Under the pieces are notes generated by a model. That model was not told where the DNA came from. It ran no database searches and saw only the letters and a list, made by a program, of their open reading frames with translations. From positions 720,001 through 752,000 of the forward strand of contig NZ_CP026606.1 of assembly GCF_002945325.1 (NCBI RefSeq): a stretch of 32,000 nucleotides of DNA, read 5' to 3'. Positions 18,754 to 26,107 of the stretch are shown here, in pieces; within the stretch, counting starts at the first letter, position 1; every line of letters starts with the position of its first letter. Origin of the DNA: Methanococcus maripaludis (GTDB lineage: Archaea > AGJL01 > Methanococci > Methanococcales > Methanococcaceae). A program made the translations under genes and the position numbers.

Positions 18754-19051
18754 AATTGGCTGAGTGAAATTTGATGAATAGAAGTATCCTGCAAATATTT
18801 AATGTTTTTATCAAACATAAAAATCAGATAGAAGTTTTGCAGGACTATTACCCATATGGGCAATAATCTATATAACATTTTTGTTGTGTAGTCGCCAATT
18901 GTTAAAAAAACTATTTTTATTCTGCCAACAGTTTTATATTTTTGAGACGTAATGTATAACTACATAGTTTTATATACGACACGGCTTAACCTTTTTGAAG
19001 TTTTATATCTATTTTTGAAGAGACGATTTTTGGATTTATCTGGTGAGAATT

Positions 19052-19669
19052 ATGAAAAGAATAATATCAATAAAAGGAACTGAAGAAGAAATTATTGAAA
19101 TCTGCGAAAGGATATCTAAATTAGGCATTGATTATTCATTTGACGCAAAAGCAAATTATGCGGAAAATAGGGCATATAACAGTGCAAGAATAAAGATATT
19201 TGGCGATGAAAAGTACAAACTCGTAGAAGACCATAAAAATATACTTACTATTATAGATACAGTCCATAATAAATACAATGCAGACACAAAAGGATTATTC
19301 GAGTACAAATTAAATGATTTAAAATATCCTGTGAACAAAGACCTTGTTTTGGATACTCTTTCTGCATTAAAAATTAATTTTAAATATTTAAAAGATGAAA
19401 ACGTAATCAAGTGTGAAAGAAAAATTGAAGAAATTAACAGCATCTTAAAAGACATTCTTGACATTTATTCTGAACTCAACTTTTATAATATTGGCTCAAA
19501 ACCTGTTAAAAATGTATTAACTCTTGCAGTATATATAACAGGGCGAGATATCGATGAATTAATCGAAGAAGGACTCGAAAAAGAATTATTTAGAGAAGAA
19601 GACGAAAAAATTGTTCTCAATAAAGATATAAATCTAACAAGAAAAGAACTTTTGAGCGTGAAAAAATGA
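19052..19669 (+). CDS. Conserved-looking hypothetical protein translationally coupled to rpoL
   Basis: 205-aa ORF. ATG 19052 is preceded by GGTGA (19042..19046); the ORF-track start GTG 19043 lies inside that Shine-Dalgarno. Its stop overlaps the rpoL start in ATGA (19666..19669). I cannot name a family with confidence. Confidence 0.6.
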   Translation: MKRIISIKGTEEEIIEICERISKLGIDYSFDAKANYAENRAYNSARIKIFGDEKYKLVEDHKNILTIIDTVHNKYNADTKGLFEYKLNDLKYPVNKDLVLDTLSALKINFKYLKDENVIKCERKIEEINSILKDILDIYSELNFYNIGSKPVKNVLTLAVYITGRDIDELIEEGLEKELFREEDEKIVLNKDINLTRKELLSVKK

Positions 19670-19956
19670 ACTACGTTAAAATCATTGAAAAAAACAAAAA
19701 CTTCATCGAATTAGAATTAGTAAATGACGACCACTCTTTAAGCAATTTAGTAAAAGAAATATTGTTATCAAAAGATGGCGTTATTCTTGCATCATATGGC
19801 GTAGAACACCCGGTTTTAGATCCTGACACTGGAAGATACATTTCAAATCCAACGATAATGTTAAAAACCGATGAAAAAACAGATGCTGAAACAGTTTTAA
19901 AAGAAGCTTTGAAAGATATCGTCGATCTTTGTAACAAAACCCTTGAAGATTTATAA
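19666..19956 (+). CDS. rpoL: DNA-directed RNA polymerase subunit L (Rpo11)
   Basis: 96-aa ORF. ELxxxxEDHSLxNLVKExLL...ASYxVEHPxL is the RpoL/Rpb11 signature. Confidence 0.88.
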   Translation: MNYVKIIEKNKNFIELELVNDDHSLSNLVKEILLSKDGVILASYGVEHPVLDPDTGRYISNPTIMLKTDEKTDAETVLKEALKDIVDLCNKTLEDL

Positions 19957-20051
19957 TTGATATTTTATATCGGCATAATTTATTTTTTTAACTCGAAAAA
20001 CCTTATTTTTAACTTGAATTCTAAAAAAGTGGCCTCTTTTAACTCAGTAAC

Positions 20052-20060
20052 TTATATATA
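20052..20060 (+). promoter_or_regulatory. Candidate TATA box of the L1-L10-L12 operon
   Basis: TTATATATA lies ~75 nt upstream of the L1 ATG. It matches the methanogen TATA consensus TTTATATA and would give a ~50-nt leader. Confidence 0.35.
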
Positions 20061-20134
20061 ATAGTAAGTGATAGTATGTCTGCCCCATGTTTAGATCGCA
20101 TTGGCGCGATTAAATAATTACAGGAGGCATCAAC

Positions 20135-20776
20135 ATGGACAGTGAAAAAATACTGAACGCAGTGAAGGAGGCTCGAACTCTTGCTAAGCCGCGAAACTTC
20201 ACGCAATCCGTTGATCTCATCGTCAACTTAAAAGAGTTGGATCTTTCAAGACCTGAAAACAGGTTGAAAGAGCAAATCGTTTTACCAAGTGGAAGAGGTA
20301 AAGACGTAGCGATTGCGGTTATTGCGAAAGGTGACTTGGCTGCTCAAGCAGAAGATATGGGCCTCACTGTAATAAGACAGGAAGAATTAGAAGAATTAGG
20401 TAAAAACAAAAAAACAGCTAAAAAAATTGCTAACGCACACGGCTTCTTTATCGCTCAAGCTGATATGATGCCATTGGTCGGTAAATCATTAGGTCCTGTT
20501 CTAGGTCCTAGAGGTAAAATGCCACAACCAGTGCCTGCAAATGCAAACTTAGCTCCATTAGTTGCTAGATTCCAAAAAACCGTTGCAATAAACACCAGGG
20601 ATAAAGCATTATTCCAGGTATACATCGGAACAGAATCAATGAGCGACGATGAACTTGCTGCAAATGCCGAAGCAATTTTAAACGTAGTGTCTAAAAAATA
20701 CGAAAAAGGACTCTACCACGTTAAAAATGCATTTACAAAACTTACAATGGGCGCAGCTGCTCCTATTGAGAAATAG
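20135..20776 (+). CDS. rpl1: 50S ribosomal protein L1 (uL1)
   Basis: 213-aa ORF preceded by AGGAGG Shine-Dalgarno. The sequence [15 protein letters not shown]...GKMPxP is typical uL1 and resembles the Methanococcus vannielii L1 sequence as I recall it. Confidence 0.95.
   Translation: MDSEKILNAVKEARTLAKPRNFTQSVDLIVNLKELDLSRPENRLKEQIVLPSGRGKDVAIAVIAKGDLAAQAEDMGLTVIRQEELEELGKNKKTAKKIANAHGFFIAQADMMPLVGKSLGPVLGPRGKMPQPVPANANLAPLVARFQKTVAINTRDKALFQVYIGTESMSDDELAANAEAILNVVSKKYEKGLYHVKNAFTKLTMGAAAPIEK
20162..20202 (+). promoter_or_regulatory. L1 autoregulatory mRNA operator (mimic of the 23S rRNA L1-binding site) inside the first codons of rpl1
   Basis: GTGAAGGAGGCTCGAACTCTTGCTAAGCCGCGAAACTTCAC. 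GUGAAG pairs with CUUCAC, enclosing GGAGGCUCG...AAGCCG. It starts 27 nt after the ATG, which is the position and sequence class of the MvaL1 translational operator. Confidence 0.75.
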
Positions 20777-20789
20777 AGGGGTTGAAAAT

Positions 20790-21797
20790 ATGATCGAAGC
20801 TAAATCAGAACATAAGATTGCCCCTTGGAAAATTGAAGAAGTTAATGCATTAAAAGAATTACTTAAAAGTTCAAACATTATTGCATTAATTGACATGATG
20901 GAAGTTCCTGCGGTACAACTCCAAGAAATCAGGGACAAAATCAGAGATCAAATGACATTAAAAATGTCAAGAAACACACTCATGAAAAGGGCAATTGAAG
21001 AAGTTGCTGAAGAAACCGGAAATCCAGAATTTGCTAAATTAGTAGATTACATGGACAAAGGGGCTGCAATCATTGCTACCGAAATGAACCCTTTCAAATT
21101 ATACAAAACACTTGATGAAAGTAAAAGCCCTGCACCTGTTAAAGGAGGCGCTATTGCTCCATGCGATATTGAAGTTAAAGCTGGATCAACAGGAATGCCA
21201 CCAGGACCATTCTTAAGTGAATTGAAAGCAGTTGGAATCCCTGCTGCTATTGATAAGGGTAAAATCGGAATCAAAGAAGACAAAATCGTTGTAAAAGAAG
21301 GCGAAGTTGTTTCACAGAAACTTGCAGTTGTACTCTCTGCATTAGACATTAAACCAGTTACAGTTGGTTTAAACGTACTCGGAGTTTACGAAGATGGTGT
21401 TATTTACACTGAAAGTGATTTAAAAATCGACGAAGAAGAATTCGTTGGAAAAATCCAAAAAGCATTCACAAGTGCATTCAACTTGTCAGTTAACGCTGTT
21501 ATCCCAACAAGCGCGACAGTTGAAACAATCGTTCAAAAAGCATTCAACGATGCAAAAGCTGTATCAGTTGAAAGTGCATTCGTAACAGATAAAACCGCTG
21601 ATGCAATCCTTGGAAAAGCTTACGCTCAAATGATTGCTGTTGCAGGTCTTGCTGGCGATGACGCTTTAGACGAAGACTTAAAAGGAAAAATTTCGTCAGG
21701 CGCAGCTGCACCAGTTGCAGAAGCTCCAGTTGAAGAAAAGAAAGAAGAGAAAAAAGAAGAAGCTGCAGCTCCTGCAGGTCTTGGAATGCTCTTCTAA
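20790..21797 (+). CDS. rpl10: 50S ribosomal protein L10 / acidic stalk protein P0 (uL10)
   Basis: Start at ATG 20790 after GAGGGG Shine-Dalgarno; the ORF-track 20727 start overlaps rpl1. It begins [18 protein letters not shown] and ends in the stalk tail [21 protein letters not shown]. Confidence 0.93.
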   Translation: MIEAKSEHKIAPWKIEEVNALKELLKSSNIIALIDMMEVPAVQLQEIRDKIRDQMTLKMSRNTLMKRAIEEVAEETGNPEFAKLVDYMDKGAAIIATEMNPFKLYKTLDESKSPAPVKGGAIAPCDIEVKAGSTGMPPGPFLSELKAVGIPAAIDKGKIGIKEDKIVVKEGEVVSQKLAVVLSALDIKPVTVGLNVLGVYEDGVIYTESDLKIDEEEFVGKIQKAFTSAFNLSVNAVIPTSATVETIVQKAFNDAKAVSVESAFVTDKTADAILGKAYAQMIAVAGLAGDDALDEDLKGKISSGAAAPVAEAPVEEKKEEKKEEAAAPAGLGMLF

Positions 21798-21878
21798 AAT
21801 AACTTATAATACCAATAAAAATATATACATAAACGGATAATTTCAAAAAAAGGTTCATACATCTTGGAGGTGTACTTT

Positions 21879-22178
21879 ATGGAATACATATACGCAGCAT
21901 TATTATTAAATTCAGCAGGTAAAGAAATCACAGAAGACGCTGTTAAAGCTATATTAGTAGCTGGTGGCGTTGAAGCAAACGAAGCTAGAGTTAAAGCTTT
22001 GGTTGCTGCTTTAGAAGGTGTTGACATTGCAGAAGCTATCGAAAAAGCTGCAATCGCACCAGTAGCTGCTGCAGCTCCTGCAGCTGCAGCTGCTGCACCA
22101 GTTGAAGAAAAGAAAGAAGAGAAAAAAGAAGACACAGGAGCAGCAGCTGCTGCAGGTCTTGGTGCTTTATTCGGATAA
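21879..22178 (+). CDS. rpl12: 50S ribosomal protein L12 / P1 stalk protein
   Basis: Start at ATG 21879 after GGAGGTG. It begins [19 protein letters not shown]... and has an Ala-rich hinge and the tail [24 protein letters not shown]. Confidence 0.93.
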   Translation: MEYIYAALLLNSAGKEITEDAVKAILVAGGVEANEARVKALVAALEGVDIAEAIEKAAIAPVAAAAPAAAAAAPVEEKKEEKKEDTGAAAAAGLGALFG

Positions 22179-22198
22179 TTACTTTTCCGAATACTCTC

Positions 22199-22208
22199 TT
22201 TTTATTTT
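22199..22208 (+). terminator. Putative oligo-T terminator of the L1-L10-L12 operon
   Basis: TTTTTATTTT lies 21 nt after the rpl12 stop. Confidence 0.4.
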
Positions 22209-22306
22209 AGGCATATAAATTGGTATATTTAAATATATAATCAGAAGTATAAATGTTTATATACTATATAAATAGAAATTTATAGCAGATATATAAACTG
22301 GTGAAA

Positions 22307-22855
22307 ATGATGGAACCTGAAATCAAAGTTGTAAACGTAGTTGTATCAACACAGATAGGAACTGATATTGACTTAGAATATGCCGCAGATATATTGGATA
22401 ACGCAGAATATGAACCAGAACAGTTCCCGGGACTTGTTTGCAGATTGAGCGAACCTAAAGTTGCACTTTTGATATTTAGAAGTGGTAAGTTAAATTGCAC
22501 CGGTGCACGATGTAAGGAAGATGCAGTAATTGCAATAAACAAAATCGTTAAAGAATTAAAAGAAGCAGGAATGGACCTTATTGACAATCCTGAAGTAAAA
22601 GTACAAAACATGGTTGCTACAACCGAACTTGGAATGGAACCTAACTTAGATGACATATCCACATTAGAATGTACAGAATACGAACCAGAACAGTTCCCAG
22701 GATTAGTTTACAGATTGAGCGAACCTAAAGTTGTTGTATTAATATTTGGTAGTGGAAAAGTTGTAATTACCGGATTAAAAGTAATCGAAGATGCATACAT
22801 AGCATTTGATAAAATATCTAAAACATTAAAAGAACTTGAAGAAGAATTATATTAA
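22307..22855 (+). CDS. tbp: TATA-box-binding protein
   Basis: Two internal repeats, each with EYEPEQFPGLVxRLxxPKVxxLIFxSGK. GGTGA (22300..22304) precedes ATG 22307/22310. It reads as collinear with M. jannaschii TBP as I recall it. Confidence 0.95.
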   Translation: MMEPEIKVVNVVVSTQIGTDIDLEYAADILDNAEYEPEQFPGLVCRLSEPKVALLIFRSGKLNCTGARCKEDAVIAINKIVKELKEAGMDLIDNPEVKVQNMVATTELGMEPNLDDISTLECTEYEPEQFPGLVYRLSEPKVVVLIFGSGKVVITGLKVIEDAYIAFDKISKTLKELEEELY

Positions 22856-22866
22856 ACGGGATAATC

Positions 22867-23478
22867 GTGATTGCAATAATTGATTATAATGCAGGCAACT
22901 TGAGAAGTATCGAAAAGGCACTTGAATTATACACAAAAAACATCGTTGTTACAAGTGACCCTGAAACTATTTTAAGTGCTGACAAGATAGTTCTTCCAGG
23001 TGTTGGGAATTTTGGAGATTCAATGAAAAATATTTCCCAAAAAACAGGAGACTGCTCTTTAAATGAAATAATTAATAAATGCGTTCAAAAGGTTCCATTT
23101 TTAGGAATTTGTTTAGGTATGCAGTTGTTACTTGAAAAAAGTGAAGAATGTCCAGAAACTCCAGGCCTTGGTGTGATAAAAGGGGACGTTATAAAATTCA
23201 AACATTCTGAAAAAATCCCCCACATGGGTTGGAATACTGTAAATCAGGTTCAAGATATTCCCCTTTTTGAAGGAATAGCAAATAATGAATATTTCTACTT
23301 TGTACATTCATACCACGTGAATCCTTCAGAAAAAGACGTAATTTCAGGAACTACTAATTACGGTTACGAATTCCCGTGCATTTTGAATAAAAAAAACGTT
23401 TATGCTACCCAGTTCCATCCTGAAAAAAGTGGTAAAAACGGTTTAAAAATGATTGAAAACTTCGTTGAATTAATTTAA
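22867..23478 (+). CDS. hisH: Imidazole glycerol phosphate synthase, glutamine amidotransferase subunit
   Basis: GTG start. MIAIIDYNAGNLRS, the catalytic GICLGMQLL motif and FHPEKSG are class-I GATase / HisH motifs. Confidence 0.9.
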   Translation: MIAIIDYNAGNLRSIEKALELYTKNIVVTSDPETILSADKIVLPGVGNFGDSMKNISQKTGDCSLNEIINKCVQKVPFLGICLGMQLLLEKSEECPETPGLGVIKGDVIKFKHSEKIPHMGWNTVNQVQDIPLFEGIANNEYFYFVHSYHVNPSEKDVISGTTNYGYEFPCILNKKNVYATQFHPEKSGKNGLKMIENFVELI

Positions 23479-23512
23479 TTACTTAACAAATAAAAAATAA
23501 AAAACTTAAAAA

Positions 23513-24424
23513 TTAAATAACTTCTTGAATTACTTCTTTTAATTTCTGTTTTGCTTTCTTTTTAAGATATATATTCCCTAAAACCCCTGCTACAAGCGGT
23601 AGAGGTGTTCCAATGTACATTAACCCGCCAAATGCGGCAATGCCTTTTTTAAATTTTGAACAATTGTAATTTACAATATTATCGTCTTTTTTGACCATTG
23701 ATTTTAAAAGTGCTTTTTCTGAAGCGTAAATCACGTTGTAGCTCCACAAAATTATATCCGAAAGTGGAGTTGGCGTTCCTTCGTAAGTTGTTTTTCTGTG
23801 TTTTATTGCATTAAATAAATCGTCTGCAGAGTTTCCTTCAAATTTAGTGTTTCCATTTCCAATCATTCTTGCTAAATGCGCATCACTATTTCCTAAAAAT
23901 GCAAAAGGGGATTTGTGGTAGTTTTTTAAAACTTTATCAAGTGCAATATTATTTACAATTCCATCCCTGTGGTATGCGTTGTAAACTTCAACACCATCAA
24001 AATCAAGTTCAAATACTTTATCCCCTATTGCCTCACAAATCGGACTGTAAGGGTGAGGGCATACTGCAAGTCCGCCCTGTTCATGGATTCTTTCGATAGT
24101 TTCTTCGGCACTCAGCCTTTTTGGGATATCCTCATTTAAGAATAATCCTAAAATTTCACCATCTTTTGACATTATTTCGCTTCCAACTACAACTTCAATT
24201 CCAAACTCTTTTTCATATTTTTTTGTTTCAAGAGCTCCTTTAATCGTGTTGTGGTCGGTTACAGCAATGATATCCATGCCATTTGCTTTTGCACATTTCA
24301 GTACCTTTAACGGCTCTTCAACTGAATCTGGAAATTTTAGTCCCATATATTTCATCATTCCAGAATATTTAGTGTGTATATGCATATCTGCCTTAAATAC
24401 ATCATTTTCCATGAGTTCCCTCAA
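23513..24424 (-). CDS. PHP-domain metal-dependent phosphoesterase with a C-terminal hydrophobic segment
   Basis: DMHIHTKYSG and AVTDHNTIKG are PHP motifs. A C-terminal FGGLMYIGTPLPLVAGVLGNIYL stretch is followed by a basic tail. Confidence 0.75.
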   Translation of the reverse strand: MRELMENDVFKADMHIHTKYSGMMKYMGLKFPDSVEEPLKVLKCAKANGMDIIAVTDHNTIKGALETKKYEKEFGIEVVVGSEIMSKDGEILGLFLNEDIPKRLSAEETIERIHEQGGLAVCPHPYSPICEAIGDKVFELDFDGVEVYNAYHRDGIVNNIALDKVLKNYHKSPFAFLGNSDAHLARMIGNGNTKFEGNSADDLFNAIKHRKTTYEGTPTPLSDIILWSYNVIYASEKALLKSMVKKDDNIVNYNCSKFKKGIAAFGGLMYIGTPLPLVAGVLGNIYLKKKAKQKLKEVIQEVI

Positions 24425-24432
24425 TAAATTAA

Positions 24433-26001
24433 TTAATATAAAAGTTCTTTAAGTGCTTTTGGCAATATTTTGATAATATCCGTTGAATTGTAATAATATC
24501 CGTACTCTTTTTCGAGTAAATCTCCGCAATATCCATTTATATAAGTTCCACAGCAGGCTGAAGGAAATGCGTCATTGCATGCACAAATTGCACCGATAAT
24601 TCCGCATAATATATCCCCTGTCCCACCGGCAGTCATTCCCTGATTTCCAGTAATGTTCATTTTAATATTATCTGGATCAAACACTATATCGATACTTCCT
24701 TTTAATACCACTGTTGAATTAAAACCTTGGTTTTTAGCATACTTTTTAACATAATCCTTCATGTATTCAAATTCCTTTTTGTGCGGAGTGAATATAAAAT
24801 TATTTTTAAATTCAAAATTACCATAATCAATCAACTTTATTGCATCTGCATCAATAACTACTTTTCCATTTGTTTCATTTAGGTACGAATTTACAAACTC
24901 TTTTGTACTCGAATTTAATGAAAGTCCGCTACCTAAAACCGTGCAGTCATAATTTTTAGACAGTTTTAAAAGCTCATCGGTATTTTTTTGACCGATATAT
25001 TCGCCATTTAATTCATAAGGCATTAATTCAGGATAATTTCTAACAGTACCTATAACATTTGAAACTGACGCCACTGTCACAATATCTGCAAATTTAGAAG
25101 CTGCGAGGCCTGAAAAAACAGGTGCGCCGTGGTATTCTTTTGATCCACCAATAATCAAAACTTTTCCATTCTGTCCTTTATGGGAATTTAGTTTTCTTTT
25201 ATTCAATAAATAAAAATCGCCCTTTCCAACCATGTTTTCAATATATTTTGGAATTCCAATATTTTTAACAACAAAATTTTTATTTTTGTTTTCAACTTTT
25301 CTTTTGTGGAGTATAACTTCCAGATCAGATTTCAGATTTCCAGTTTGAATATCCACACTGATTATTTTCAAATTTTCGTAGTATTTGCTCTTTAAATCAT
25401 TCAAATAATCAACTATTGTTGAATAAGGATTTTTTAAATTTCCAGTAATTCCTGTTCCAAGCATTGAATCAATTACCAATACATTTTCATTTTTTAGTTC
25501 ATTTTCAAGCGTTTTTATTAGATCAATTGCATTTTCATTTTCTAAAATATTCATATATTCTAAATTACCAAAAACTTCCATATTCTTGAGGATATTAAAG
25601 TTTTTTTGAGTTTCAGAAGTTCTTATTTTTCTTTCGTTTCCAACTAATACGACAAATGTAGCAAAATTATTCGATATGTGTCTTGCAATAACAAACCCAT
25701 CTCCCCCATTATTTCCTGTTCCGCACAATACATACACTTTTGAAAAATCAAAGTTCAAATTAGCAATTTCTTCGTAAACTGCCCTTCCAGCATTTTCCAT
25801 TAATTTTTCTTTTGAGATTCCGTACTGTTCTGAATTTTCGTCAATCACCTTTATTTCTAAAGAAGATACGTCCTTTTTATCAATAATCCCGAGTTTTTCT
25901 CTTAGCTGTTCAAATTCTAAAATATTTCCTGTTTTCTGAACGCATTTGATGTCTTTCATACCCTTCAACACCTGAAAACTGAATTTATCACAATCATTCA
26001 A
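24433..26001 (-). CDS. nnr: Bifunctional NAD(P)H-hydrate repair enzyme (epimerase + ADP-dependent dehydratase)
   Basis: The YjeF_N motif GTGNNGGDGFV is followed by the carbohydrate-kinase domain (HKGQNGKVLIIGGS, GGTGDILCG). The true start may be ATG 25959, which has AGGTG upstream, rather than 26001. Confidence 0.85.
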   Translation of the reverse strand: MNDCDKFSFQVLKGMKDIKCVQKTGNILEFEQLREKLGIIDKKDVSSLEIKVIDENSEQYGISKEKLMENAGRAVYEEIANLNFDFSKVYVLCGTGNNGGDGFVIARHISNNFATFVVLVGNERKIRTSETQKNFNILKNMEVFGNLEYMNILENENAIDLIKTLENELKNENVLVIDSMLGTGITGNLKNPYSTIVDYLNDLKSKYYENLKIISVDIQTGNLKSDLEVILHKRKVENKNKNFVVKNIGIPKYIENMVGKGDFYLLNKRKLNSHKGQNGKVLIIGGSKEYHGAPVFSGLAASKFADIVTVASVSNVIGTVRNYPELMPYELNGEYIGQKNTDELLKLSKNYDCTVLGSGLSLNSSTKEFVNSYLNETNGKVVIDADAIKLIDYGNFEFKNNFIFTPHKKEFEYMKDYVKKYAKNQGFNSTVVLKGSIDIVFDPDNIKMNITGNQGMTAGGTGDILCGIIGAICACNDAFPSACCGTYINGYCGDLLEKEYGYYYNSTDIIKILPKALKELLY

Positions 26002-26107
26002 TCCGAAAAATACATATATTAAATTAAACTGTAATTACCTATTGTTAATTATTATTAATTATAATTATGATTATGTTTATCAGAATATAACAAACCGAGG
26101 GATTTAT

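Noticed and set aside
18771-18830. Possible C/D-box sRNA, because TGATGA (C-box-like) occurs at 18772..18777
   Set aside because: No CUGA D box and no C'/D' pair at the required ~12-nt guide spacings on either strand. The only CTGA lies upstream of the C-like box, which is the wrong order.
18774-18866. 30-codon ORF MNRSILQIFNVFIKHKNQIEVLQDYYPYGQ
   Set aside because: It has only a weak Shine-Dalgarno-like GAGTGA and no TATA box at a suitable distance. It coincides with the nested palindromes, which explain the sequence better. I kept it only as an alternative under the structured-region finding.
21544-22135. Minus-strand ORFs 21544..21858 and 21794..22135 spanning the L10/L12 junction
   Set aside because: They are antisense to the Ala/Glu/Lys-rich stalk tails (GCA/GCT/GAA repeats read as poly-Ala/Ser/Phe on the other strand). 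They have no independent signals.
22179-22306. Dense cluster of TATA-like motifs (CATATAAAT, TTTAAATATATAAT, TTTATATACTATATAAATA, ATATATAAAC) in front of the TBP gene, which is tempting as TBP autoregulation
   Set aside because: Intergenic DNA in this genome is so AT-rich that TATA-like words are expected by composition. I have no positional or symmetry evidence beyond that, so it is not reported as a finding.
24433-26001. ~50-aa N-terminal extension of Nnr (MNDCDKFSFQVLKG...) as a possible extra domain
   Set aside because: It is more simply explained by an over-long ORF. ATG 25959, with AGGTG upstream, removes part of it, and the remaining residues show no motif.
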